IMG/VR virus record: IMGVR_UViG_3300045988_080883 | Reading direction: 5' to 3' (one strand) | DNA: 54,194 nucleotides | Origin: a virus | Shown here: positions 26,844 to 34,235 of the stretch, one piece after another | Position numbering within the stretch: position 1 is the stretch's first letter | Layout of the letters: each line of letters starts with the position of its first letter | Made by a program: the position numbers and the translations under genes | The notes under the pieces: generated by a model | The model's database searches: none | Told to the model about the DNA's origin: nothing | What the model saw: the letters and a program-made list of their open reading frames with translations, nothing else

Positions 26844-27023
26844 TTAGAACTTCATCTGTGCAGCATCTTCAACGCTCACATCGTCAAAACACCGGGTCAG
26901 TTCATCAAGGACTTTGCGCTGTGTTTTCTCACTCAAACCGGCGTTGCGCATCGCCATGACACAGTAGCCGATGCAGGCTGCGTTTGACCACGGTCCATTC
27001 AGTGACAGGAGCATTTCTTCCAT
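26844..27023 (-). CDS. hypothetical small protein (59 aa)
   Basis: ATG is preceded by GGAGGT. MEEMLLSLNGPWSNAACIGYCVMAMRNAGL... It is the last gene of the leftward operon and falls below the ORF-track cutoff. Confidence 0.45.
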   Translation of the reverse strand: MEEMLLSLNGPWSNAACIGYCVMAMRNAGLSEKTQRKVLDELTRCFDDVSVEDAAQMKF

Positions 27024-27028
27024 ATCGA

Positions 27029-27274
27029 TTACCTCCGAAGATCTCCATTGTATACGCGAACCAGCACCCAGTCGGACAGCGGTTTGACGTTCCCGGTCCA
27101 GTCCCGGAGAGCTTCATCTGTGCCGCAGGCCTCACAGATGTACACGCCCTTGGCGTGGCGGCTCAGTGCTCCGTGGGTCAGTTTGTCCGGCATCCTCTCG
27201 CCGCAGCGGGGGCACAGCGGCCAGCCCTGCTGCTGGTCATAGAGCATCTTTTCGATAGCTTTTTCGTCCGTCAT
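27029..27274 (-). CDS. zinc-ribbon protein, function unknown
   Basis: 81 aa with CPRCG...CEACG Cys pairs. AGGAGG RBS. Confidence 0.55.
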   Translation of the reverse strand: MTDEKAIEKMLYDQQQGWPLCPRCGERMPDKLTHGALSRHAKGVYICEACGTDEALRDWTGNVKPLSDWVLVRVYNGDLRR

Positions 27275-27286
27275 TGTACTTCCTCC

Positions 27287-27688
27287 TTAAACATCTCGGC
27301 TAACCGAGTGATATGCAAACCAGTGACCGTGCCGCCGGAACAGATAGAACCAATTCGTGAACTCCTGCCCTGTGCAGTCATAGGGGCTGTTGTAACTCTT
27401 CAAATAATGATGGTTAAGAAACCAGCTGGTAGCGTCCATCTCGTGCGCCTCGTCCAGCTTATCGGGCAGCTGAACAAGCTCCAGACGGCCGTCATAGTCG
27501 GCACTGATAATGCGCACATTGGAAACGGGGCGGTTATTGTAGGTCCGGATCTCCATCTTGACGGTTGCGGCCAAGTTCTTCACAGCGGCTTTCTTTTCGG
27601 CAGAGGCTGAAATATCGCACTGCATGAACATCAGGAGTGCATACGCATCCCGCAATCTCTCATTATCGGTAATGCTGAACATGGTCAT
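27287..27688 (-). CDS. hypothetical protein
   Basis: 133 aa, tightly packed in the operon. No family was recognised with confidence. Confidence 0.5.
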   Translation of the reverse strand: MTMFSITDNERLRDAYALLMFMQCDISASAEKKAAVKNLAATVKMEIRTYNNRPVSNVRIISADYDGRLELVQLPDKLDEAHEMDATSWFLNHHYLKSYNSPYDCTGQEFTNWFYLFRRHGHWFAYHSVSRDV

Positions 27689-27695
27689 GACCTCC

Positions 27696-28097
27696 TTACT
27701 TCATGTTCTGGCGTTCCCACATCAGCCAGCGGTTCATTTCCTCGCCGGGCATCGACTTCGGCTTGCTGGTTTCGATGTACTCCCGCTCTCCGAAGATCTC
27801 CAGCTGGTCGATGTCGTCAGGCGACTGGGTGATAATCTTTGCCGGCCAATCGCCCACGCCGGGGACTTCAATGCGGCGCAGATACAGGTTGCTGTCAAAG
27901 TACCAATCACTCTTGATGTACCGCTCTTCTGCATCGGTGCCCTCGATGGCCTCAATGTACTTGCCGAGCGCACCGAAGACTTCCAGTCTGGTTGGTGCTT
28001 TGTCGAAGTCGGTCACATCAAAGAGTTTGATATAGGAGATTCGGCCGCGTTCAACGGCAAGCTCCTCGATGGTGCCGGAGTATTTGTAAAGTTTCAT
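27696..28097 (-). CDS. hypothetical protein
   Basis: Start placed at ATG 28097 (MKLYKYSG), 6 nt after GGAGGA. The maximal ORF reaches TTG 28112. Confidence 0.5.
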   Translation of the reverse strand: MKLYKYSGTIEELAVERGRISYIKLFDVTDFDKAPTRLEVFGALGKYIEAIEGTDAEERYIKSDWYFDSNLYLRRIEVPGVGDWPAKIITQSPDDIDQLEIFGEREYIETSKPKSMPGEEMNRWLMWERQNMK

Positions 28098-28148
28098 TGT
28101 CATATCCTCCAAATGCCCGTATAGCCAGATAGCGCAGCTTTTCGGTTT

Positions 28149-29087
28149 TTAGGCGGCGGTATTTTCACTCTCAGCCTCTGTCAAAAATGCAGAGGTGAGA
28201 TGCAACCGGGCGGTCTTGAATTCCGGGCCTCTCATGCCCAGACGCTTTGTAAGCACCCGCATCATCAAATCGTGCTTCTGCTGCTGGGTGTACCCGCTGA
28301 TGGACTTGAAGTGAAGGTTGTCGTGGTCACAGTTGATAGCCCATGCGCTCATTGCCAAGCAGAACTGAACGTATGCTTTGATGCGCCCGGCGTGGGTGGT
28401 TCCGTTGAACAGCCGGAACTCCACGGTGCCCTTTGTGAAGAATGCATGGAGGTTGATTCCGTGATACCGGGTGCTGTTGTAGTGGGAAGAATCCACGCCT
28501 CCATCATATCCGTCATTCACCACGCTGTACCAGATGCGCTCTGCATCGTTCCGGCTTGCCCGGCCGTTCTTCTTCATTTCACGGAACAGTGCAGGGTTGA
28601 TTTTGTGGCACCAGTGGTCTGCGCGGTTGCCGATCTGCAGGGCTTCGTAGAACAGATCCTGCCGCCCGGTGGCGAAGTTCAGCAGCCGGCAGAGGCTTTC
28701 GGGCGTGTGGTTCGCACCGTCAACGTGGACGTGGATACCACAGGAGCTGTTCGCCATGGCACCCTTCTTGACCAGTGCCCGGATGACCTCTTGCAGGTCG
28801 GTGATGTCCTCGTACTGGAGAACCGGGGTCACGACCTCGCAGCGGTAGGTATCGTCTGCCTCTACGATTGCACCACCTCTGCGCCGCCGGGGAGTGATGG
28901 AACCGTCTCTCATGCACTTCCATACGCGGCCTTTGCTATCCTTGGCCTCGTACGTCTGGTAGGTACCACCTGCAAAGTGGATGCCGCCGACACCGAAGTA
29001 GTTGGCGATGACGGAGGCGGCTGTTCCGCGGGAAACGCCCGTCATTTCAATCTCAACGCCGAAGTTCTGGCTCTGAATCGTGACCAT
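28149..29087 (-). CDS. amidoligase (Amidoligase_2 / glutamine-synthetase-like carboxylate-amine ligase fold)
   Basis: 312 aa. FGVEIEMTG, CGIHVHVDG and RYHGINLH...VEFRLFNGT motifs are characteristic of the putative amidoligase family of mobile elements. Confidence 0.75.
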   Translation of the reverse strand: MVTIQSQNFGVEIEMTGVSRGTAASVIANYFGVGGIHFAGGTYQTYEAKDSKGRVWKCMRDGSITPRRRRGGAIVEADDTYRCEVVTPVLQYEDITDLQEVIRALVKKGAMANSSCGIHVHVDGANHTPESLCRLLNFATGRQDLFYEALQIGNRADHWCHKINPALFREMKKNGRASRNDAERIWYSVVNDGYDGGVDSSHYNSTRYHGINLHAFFTKGTVEFRLFNGTTHAGRIKAYVQFCLAMSAWAINCDHDNLHFKSISGYTQQQKHDLMMRVLTKRLGMRGPEFKTARLHLTSAFLTEAESENTAA

Positions 29088-29102
29088 CTTTGCGCCCTCC
29101 CC

Positions 29103-29666
29103 TTAGTGCAGCTGTGCAGCGTGCTTGTGGTAGGTGACGGTGTAGCGGCCACCGTGCTTGACGACCTTGATATCGTCCATCTTCACGCGCCGGACACCGA
29201 ACTTCTCGTGGATGTACTTTTTGACCATCGGAGCGGCCTTTGTGGTCACATCCACCGCACTGTCATTGCTGCGGCGGCTCTTGTAGCGGTCAAACCGCTT
29301 CTCCTCGGCGGCGTTTGCTTCCTCCTCTGTGCCGTAGAATCCATCCTGTGCACGGTTGTTCAGACGGTAGAACTTCTTGCTGCTGATGACCTCCAGACGC
29401 TCATTCCAGACGGTGCTCCAGCGGTCTTCCTGATTGGGCTTGATGTCGTCCTTGACCCGGCCAACAATCAGCTCCACACCCTCGGTGCCGAGGTAGTTGT
29501 TGAACGTGGTGAGCAGCACCCGGATAATCTCGGCGCCGTTGGTGAGGTCAATGTGAGCGACCTCGCCCTGGCTTCCGCCCATCGTTCCGGCGTTGATGTA
29601 GTAGCCCTGCGCCATGTAGCTGCTGGCTGCGGCGGTGAACTCGCGGTTAATGTCAATGAACTTCAT
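29103..29666 (-). CDS. hypothetical protein
   Basis: 187 aa, 15 nt upstream of the amidoligase gene. No family was recognised. Confidence 0.5.
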   Translation of the reverse strand: MKFIDINREFTAAASSYMAQGYYINAGTMGGSQGEVAHIDLTNGAEIIRVLLTTFNNYLGTEGVELIVGRVKDDIKPNQEDRWSTVWNERLEVISSKKFYRLNNRAQDGFYGTEEEANAAEEKRFDRYKSRRSNDSAVDVTTKAAPMVKKYIHEKFGVRRVKMDDIKVVKHGGRYTVTYHKHAAQLH

Positions 29667-29792
29667 GCTGTTACCCTCTTGTCTTTCTGGCCTTACTCTG
29701 TTAAAATAGAGGGCGGCCGGGGTAAGGCTCCCGGCTCGCCGTTGGTTCGGTGTTGAAGATCAGTTGCTTTGGACGGTGGCTGGTCTTCTTTT

Positions 29793-29906
29793 TTACTCTT
29801 CCATAATCTTCTTGACGCTCTCACGGAGCTCTTCCAGCGTTTCACACTTCTCGATGAGTTCGAGGATTGCTTTGAGCAACGCCTTGGTTACGTTCATGTC
29901 TTCCAT
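29793..29906 (-). CDS. hypothetical small helical protein (37 aa)
   Basis: ATG after GGAGTGAGGTG. MEDMNVTKALLKAILELIEKCETLEELRESVKKIMEE. First ORF after the leftward promoter. Confidence 0.35.
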   Translation of the reverse strand: MEDMNVTKALLKAILELIEKCETLEELRESVKKIMEE

Positions 29907-29956
29907 TCACCTCACTCCTTTCTGTAAGGGGCTTTCGCTCTCTGCCTTACATCTAC

Positions 29957-29985
29957 ATTGTACACCTTTTCGGTTTACTTGTCAA
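29957..29985 (-). promoter_or_regulatory. sigma70-type promoter of the leftward accessory operon
   Basis: On the minus strand: TTGACA (29985-29980), 17-nt spacer, TACAAT (29962-29957). Confidence 0.6.
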
Positions 29986-30039
29986 TAGTTTTGATAAACT
30001 TTTTTGATTTACTTTGAAATAAAAGAGGTTGACAAGTAA
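29975..30039. repeat. 11-bp inverted repeat TTACTTGTCAA / TTGACAAGTAA framing a divergent promoter region
   Basis: The arms are at 29975-29985 and 30029-30039. The AT-rich spacer contains TTTGATAAAC (29990-29999) and TTTGATTTAC (30003-30012). Confidence 0.6.
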
Positions 30040-30057
30040 TTGATTTTGGTGTACCCT
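30029..30057 (+). promoter_or_regulatory. weaker rightward promoter for the HTH gene
   Basis: TTGACA 30029-30034, 17-nt spacer, TACCCT 30052-30057. Confidence 0.4.
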
Positions 30058-30082
30058 ATACATGAAAGGAGTGGATGAACAC

Positions 30083-30328
30083 ATGACAGTGTCGGACATC
30101 ATCAAGGGGTTGCTTTCCATGACAGGGAAGAAGCAGACAGATCTGGCCGAAGTCCTCGGTATGAGCAGCAAGCAGGCAATGAGCAACAAGGTGCGCATGA
30201 ACCGCTGGTCGGCGGATGACCTTATCAAGGCAGCAGAACTGTGCGGCGGCAAGGTTGCAATCATCATGCCGGATGGGCAGACTATCCAGCTGCGCAATGA
30301 TGAAGATGAAAAAAGCCCGGACGCATAA
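30083..30328 (+). CDS. HTH transcriptional regulator (XRE/Cro-like)
   Basis: Start ATG 30083 (the maximal ORF starts at 30062). KKQTDLAEVLGMSSKQAMSNKV is an HTH. Confidence 0.65.
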   Translation: MTVSDIIKGLLSMTGKKQTDLAEVLGMSSKQAMSNKVRMNRWSADDLIKAAELCGGKVAIIMPDGQTIQLRNDEDEKSPDA

Positions 30329-30354
30329 CGTGCATCCGGGCAGGAGATGGGGGG

Positions 30355-30621
30355 TTACTTCTTGCGAGACTTGCTCACGGTCTGGGGGATATGACGCACC
30401 TCTTTGACCCTGCGCTCGATGTTGGGCTCTCGCACAATGAGGTCTTCGAGGTCACAGTCCAGTGCCTCACAGATGAGGTCGAGGTCGTCCAGATTTACAC
30501 GCTCCGCAAAATCGTGGTACAACTCGTTGATAGTCTGACTGCGAATCCCTGTGACACGAGCAAGGTCGCTCTGTGTCATCCGCCGTTCGCCAAGGCGGGT
30601 TGACAGCAAAATCCTAATCAT
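30355..30621 (-). CDS. XRE-family HTH regulator
   Basis: 88 aa. RRMTQSDLARVTGIRSQTINELYH is a classic XRE HTH. AAGGAG RBS. Confidence 0.75.
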   Translation of the reverse strand: MIRILLSTRLGERRMTQSDLARVTGIRSQTINELYHDFAERVNLDDLDLICEALDCDLEDLIVREPNIERRVKEVRHIPQTVSKSRKK

Positions 30622-30741
30622 AGCCTTTGGTCTCCTTTGTTGCTGATTTTAGCCGATTTGTGGTCGGCTTGTCTGCATTTTGGCAGGAAACTCTCTATTT
30701 CGGCAAGTTTTTCCGAAATACGGAAAATTCTAACACAAAAG

Positions 30742-30786
30742 GAAAATGCCCGCACAATCCAAAATGGAAAGTGCGGGCATTTTTTG
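30742..30786. terminator. bidirectional intrinsic terminator downstream of the integrase gene
   Basis: 10-bp perfect stem ATGCCCGCAC/GTGCGGGCAT with a 15-nt loop, flanked by GGAAAA and TTTTT. Confidence 0.75.
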
Positions 30787-30823
30787 TTTGTGCGATCTTG
30801 CTTAGAACTTGATTAAAACTTGC

Positions 30824-32446
30824 TTAAACGCTTGGAATCTCACAAAACAAAACGAACACGTTGCCGACCATTTGAATGGTGACCTCGTGTTCGTTTTGCT
30901 CTTCATTGGTGGAGCAATCAGGAGTCAAAACGAACATTTTGGCATCTGGCGAATCCTCGCCATCCGGCGGGTCTTCCTCGGTCTCCAGAGGGATCTCAAC
31001 GCTATTGTCCTTGCCCATAAAGGAAAAGACCAGCTTCAGGCGGTTGTCATCGTAGATGTAGGCTGCGACAAGGAAGTCTTTGAAAAGCTCTGCCTGAACC
31101 TCCCTGTCGTGTACATCCTTGCTGCGAAGAACGTGGAGTTCGTCAATCAAGTCCTCCCGATTGATTTTGACCACATCCCTCTTGGCTGCGCTCAACTGGG
31201 CGGTCAGCTTTGAGTTCTCAGTCTCCAATTCAACCATCCGGCTGCGGGTGGCCTCTGTGATAATTCCCATCTCGATGGCTTTCAGCATATTCGAGGTGGC
31301 CTTTTTGTTTTCGGCCAGCTGCTGCTCCAACGCCTCGATCTGGAGGTCATTGTCGTGCTTTTTCCAATACTGGACCGTCTGATCTGCCATCCACTCGATA
31401 ACGTCATCGGTCAGGCAGTACATCTTGATGGCCTGTGCGATGGCGGGCTCGATAACATCCCGGCGGACATTCTTCTTGTTGCAGGCGTGTTCGGTGCGCC
31501 GTTTCTGGCAGGTGTAGTAGTAATGCAGCTCTCCGTTTCTACTGGTGCCGGATACGCCCGTCATGTAGCTGCCGCAATGCCCGCAGCGAAGCTTCCCGGT
31601 CAGCAGGTAATCTTCCGCACCAACACGGTGCCGGGTTCCAACTGGATTCTTTTTCACCCTCATGGCCTCCTGTACCTTGTACCACAATTCATCGCTCACA
31701 ATGCGTGGAATCCCATCCACAATGCGGACGTTGCCGTAAATGTAGATGCCCTTGTACCGCTCGTTCTGGCAAATGCTCTGGAAACTGCCCTTATTCCACG
31801 CAGCTCCCTTGCTGGTCTTGATGCCCTTTGCGTTGAGGTCTCGCGCGATATCCACGAACAGATCCCCGGCGGCAACACGGGTGAAGATTTCCCGGACAAC
31901 AGCTGCTGCGGGCTCGTCCAGCATGACCTTCCCGTCTGCACCGCGCTTGTACCCCAACGGCTGCCGGCCGTTCGCCATGCACTTGTTGGCGTTGTCGTAC
32001 AGACCGCGGGTGATGTCCTCTGCCATGTTCTCGCTGTAAAACTGGTTGACGTTCATCATGTTCCGCAGTGCAAAACGCCCGGCGGCAGTATCGTCAAAAT
32101 CTTCCTCGGCGTAAAACACCTTTACGCCGTAATCGTCCAGCTTCGCCTCGTTGACCATGGCTTGCAGCATATTGCGCCCGATGCGGTTGGACTTCCACGC
32201 CACGACGGCCTGAAACTTCCCTTTTTCAGCATCCCGCATCATCTGCTGGAAACGAGGCCGGTTATCCGTCTTGCCGCTGATTGCCCTGTCCTCGTATGTA
32301 CCAACAATGCGCAGTCCAAGCGCAGCCGCGTGCTTCGTACACTCTGCGATCTGCTGCTCGATGCTGACCTCTCGCTGGTTATGCGATGAGTACCGGGCAT
32401 AGATGACGGCATCGAGGCCAGCAGCAATATTCTTTTTTCTGGCCAT
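30824..32446 (-). CDS. int: large serine recombinase (integrase)
   Basis: 540 aa. The resolvase catalytic N-terminus (AVIYARYSSHNQ...), recombinase domain and Zn-ribbon (CGHCGS...YYTC) with a coiled-coil C-terminus are all present. Confidence 0.92.
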   Translation of the reverse strand: MARKKNIAAGLDAVIYARYSSHNQREVSIEQQIAECTKHAAALGLRIVGTYEDRAISGKTDNRPRFQQMMRDAEKGKFQAVVAWKSNRIGRNMLQAMVNEAKLDDYGVKVFYAEEDFDDTAAGRFALRNMMNVNQFYSENMAEDITRGLYDNANKCMANGRQPLGYKRGADGKVMLDEPAAAVVREIFTRVAAGDLFVDIARDLNAKGIKTSKGAAWNKGSFQSICQNERYKGIYIYGNVRIVDGIPRIVSDELWYKVQEAMRVKKNPVGTRHRVGAEDYLLTGKLRCGHCGSYMTGVSGTSRNGELHYYYTCQKRRTEHACNKKNVRRDVIEPAIAQAIKMYCLTDDVIEWMADQTVQYWKKHDNDLQIEALEQQLAENKKATSNMLKAIEMGIITEATRSRMVELETENSKLTAQLSAAKRDVVKINREDLIDELHVLRSKDVHDREVQAELFKDFLVAAYIYDDNRLKLVFSFMGKDNSVEIPLETEEDPPDGEDSPDAKMFVLTPDCSTNEEQNEHEVTIQMVGNVFVLFCEIPSV

Positions 32447-32793
32447 CAGCTTTCACCGCCCACTTCAACACGGTAGATGCCATCATTGTCCGCAAACAGA
32501 ATTTGCTTTCCGTTCCACATTCCAACGGCTTCAAGTTCTGGCATGAGTTCATACCATTGCTGCTCTGAAATGATTGGAATATTCAAGGCATCGGCTCTGT
32601 CAATTTTCTTTTGCGCCGGGTCACTACACACAATCAAAAGACCTGTCTTTTTTGACACGCTCGCGTCCGCAGTTAGGCCGTACGCCGAAAAAATATCAAG
32701 AAAATCCGTTCTATTTCTCAGCATGACTGGATTCCCAGTCACACAAGCACTCTTAAATTCCTGCAAGCGCGATGCGATTTCTTTCAGATTCAT
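32446..32793 (-). CDS. stand-alone BRCT-domain protein
   Basis: 115 aa. VTGNPVMLRNRTDFLDIFSAYGLTADASVSKKTGLLIVCSDPAQKKIDRADALNIPIISEQQW resembles the LigA-type BRCT domain. Its stop overlaps the int ATG (TGATG). Confidence 0.6.
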   Translation of the reverse strand: MNLKEIASRLQEFKSACVTGNPVMLRNRTDFLDIFSAYGLTADASVSKKTGLLIVCSDPAQKKIDRADALNIPIISEQQWYELMPELEAVGMWNGKQILFADNDGIYRVEVGGES

Positions 32794-32806
32794 ATAGAAA
32801 CACCCA

Positions 32807-33064
32807 TCAGCTTAACTTCACAGCGGTTCCAAGCAGCATGAAATTGTTGCCCTGCGTGGCAAATTTCAATCCGATAACGGCATCTGCGCCCAACTTGGCC
32901 GCCTTTTTCTCCAAATCATCCTGCGCCTGTTTCGTGAAATTGTCGATGGCATTACCCATCATCTTGTTTCCGCCCGGCAGGACGGTCAAAATAACGGATG
33001 CAACAATGCCCAGATATTGAGACACATTTTTCCCTTGGATGCTATCAGTTGTAGTCAAAATCAT
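32807..33064 (-). CDS. YbjQ/UPF0145-family protein
   Basis: Start ATG 33064 after GGGGGA. MILTTTDSIQGKNV...GADAVIGLKF is typical of YbjQ-like (DUF74) proteins. Confidence 0.65.
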   Translation of the reverse strand: MILTTTDSIQGKNVSQYLGIVASVILTVLPGGNKMMGNAIDNFTKQAQDDLEKKAAKLGADAVIGLKFATQGNNFMLLGTAVKLS

Positions 33065-33177
33065 AGTTGTTCCCCCTCGTTTCGGCATTTTTTCACAAAC
33101 AGCTGAAAATAGCCGTGCATTCTGTTATAATTCAACTAACCTGCCGACAGTAATCTTCAAGAAAGGAGCGGAAGATT

Positions 33178-33306
33178 ATGGATATTTCCATTGATTCCGA
33201 TGATGCTCAAGAGCGGCTTCGTGCTATGCTGGCACTTGAACTGTTCTTGCATCTGTCGGCAGAAGATCAAGAACGTGTCATTGATTTTTCAAAAAGCCTT
33301 TCATAA
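33178..33306 (+). CDS. questionable small ORF (42 aa) convergent with the repressor gene
   Basis: ATG after AAAGGAG. A TGtTATAAT extended -10 lies upstream (33122-33130). It overlaps the 3' end of the CI-like gene. Confidence 0.2.
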   Translation: MDISIDSDDAQERLRAMLALELFLHLSAEDQERVIDFSKSLS

Positions 33307-33652
33307 CGTACAAGACTGCCTTTTTCTGATCGTCACCAAGTTGATTAAATAGTTTGACAAACTCTTTGCTGCGCTCATCCTCTTCCGCGGGGATGGGCGC
33401 AGTTTTTCTTTCCATTGGAACATCGTATCCCATCAGCCAAACTTCCGAAACGTCGAGAGCCAAGCCCAAGATGGTCAACTTGTCCTGTCGCGGAATAATT
33501 TTTCCAGAAACGTATTGAGTTAACGCGGTCTTTCCAAGATTGACACCGTAAGCGCGGCAGTACGGCTCAGCAAGCCTCAAAACATCGACCTGTTTTAAAC
33601 CTCTGATATTCATAGCCTCTTGCAGCCGTTCTGCGGTCGTTGATGACTTCAT
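33278..33652 (-). CDS. CI-like repressor (XRE HTH)
   Basis: Start ATG 33652 after GGAGGTG. TAERLQEAMNIRGLKQVDVLRLA...GKTALTQYVSGK is an HTH. It is divergent from a Cro-like gene. Confidence 0.8.
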   Translation of the reverse strand: MKSSTTAERLQEAMNIRGLKQVDVLRLAEPYCRAYGVNLGKTALTQYVSGKIIPRQDKLTILGLALDVSEVWLMGYDVPMERKTAPIPAEEDERSKEFVKLFNQLGDDQKKAVLYVMKGFLKNQ

Positions 33653-33676
33653 TAGGTTCACCTCCGGTATGGTTAC

Positions 33677-33705
33677 ATCATAACATGGCATAAACAAAAG
33701 TTCAA
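33677..33705 (-). promoter_or_regulatory. candidate repressor promoter
   Basis: On the minus strand: TTGAAC (33705-33700), 17-nt spacer, TATGAT (33682-33677), with a TG at the extended -10 position. Confidence 0.5.
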
Positions 33706-33729
33706 GAGTTGCAGCCAAAAAGTTCAAGA
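33696..33729. repeat. two direct 12-mers AAAAGTTCAAGA (candidate operators)
   Basis: Copies at 33696-33707 and 33718-33729, 22 nt apart. The first overlaps the -35 box of the repressor promoter. Confidence 0.5.
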
Positions 33730-33745
33730 AAAATGAATTTTTATA

Positions 33746-33774
33746 TTGACAAGGGCAAATCATTGTGGTAAAGT
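33746..33774 (+). promoter_or_regulatory. candidate early rightward promoter
   Basis: TTGACA 33746-33751, 17-nt spacer ending in TGG, TAAAGT 33769-33774. Confidence 0.6.
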
Positions 33775-33781
33775 GTGAACA

Positions 33782-33798
33782 GTTCAGTTAAACTGAAC
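33782..33798. promoter_or_regulatory. 17-bp perfect palindrome GTTCAGTTAAACTGAAC (operator candidate O1)
   Basis: It lies 8 nt downstream of the -10 box of the rightward promoter. An identical copy is at 34032-34048. Confidence 0.6.
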
Positions 33799-33821
33799 CG
33801 AACGGAAAAGAGGTGAAATTG

Positions 33822-34031
33822 ATGCAGAGGAGCTATAACAAACTGCTGGGCCGAATCGTTGAGATTTTCGGAACCAGAGGGGCATTTGGCAAGAGTATGG
33901 GGTGGTCGGATCGTACCACTTCCCTCAAACTCAACGGTAAGGTTGACTGGAAACAGGACGAAATCGAGGCTGCGTGTCAGGCACTGAAAATTGAAGTGTC
34001 GGACATTCCAGACTATTTTTTTGCCCTGTAA
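33822..34031 (+). CDS. Cro-like small regulator
   Basis: Start ATG 33822 after AGAGGTG (maximal ORF from GTG 33813). 69 aa and divergent from the CI-like gene. Confidence 0.55.
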   Translation: MQRSYNKLLGRIVEIFGTRGAFGKSMGWSDRTTSLKLNGKVDWKQDEIEAACQALKIEVSDIPDYFFAL

Positions 34032-34048
34032 GTTCAGTTAAACTGAAC
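34032..34048. promoter_or_regulatory. second copy of the 17-bp palindrome (O2)
   Basis: It starts the base after the cro-like stop codon. The 18-mer AGTTCAGTTAAACTGAAC is identical to 33781-33798. Confidence 0.6.
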
Positions 34049-34061
34049 AATGGAGGTTTAC

Positions 34062-34235
34062 ATGAACGCCAACATTCACATCAATGTGGACGAAATACCG
34101 CCAGAGGTCGCAGAGCGAATCGGTTGCGTATTTCTCGGATTCCACAAGCGTTTCCAGCAGAGCCCCGAACTCATGGCTGAGCTGGAAGCCTACCGAGCCA
34201 CCAAAAAGGCATCTGAAAGGAAGTGTGCAGAATGA
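34062..34235 (+). CDS. hypothetical protein
   Basis: ATG 34062 lies 5 nt after GGAGG. 57 aa. Confidence 0.4.
   Translation: MNANIHINVDEIPPEVAERIGCVFLGFHKRFQQSPELMAELEAYRATKKASERKCAE

Noticed and set aside
28200-29756. 518-aa plus-strand ORF across the amidoligase region, and the 344-aa plus-strand ORF 31355-32389 across the integrase gene
   Set aside because: Both are antisense shadows of the recognisable minus-strand amidoligase and serine recombinase genes.
30787-30830. Possible attP next to the integrase gene (CTTGCTTA repeated at about 30797 and about 30815)
   Set aside because: The repeats are direct, short and imperfect. No convincing imperfect inverted repeat around a central dinucleotide was seen. 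attP cannot be assigned without attB or attL/attR.
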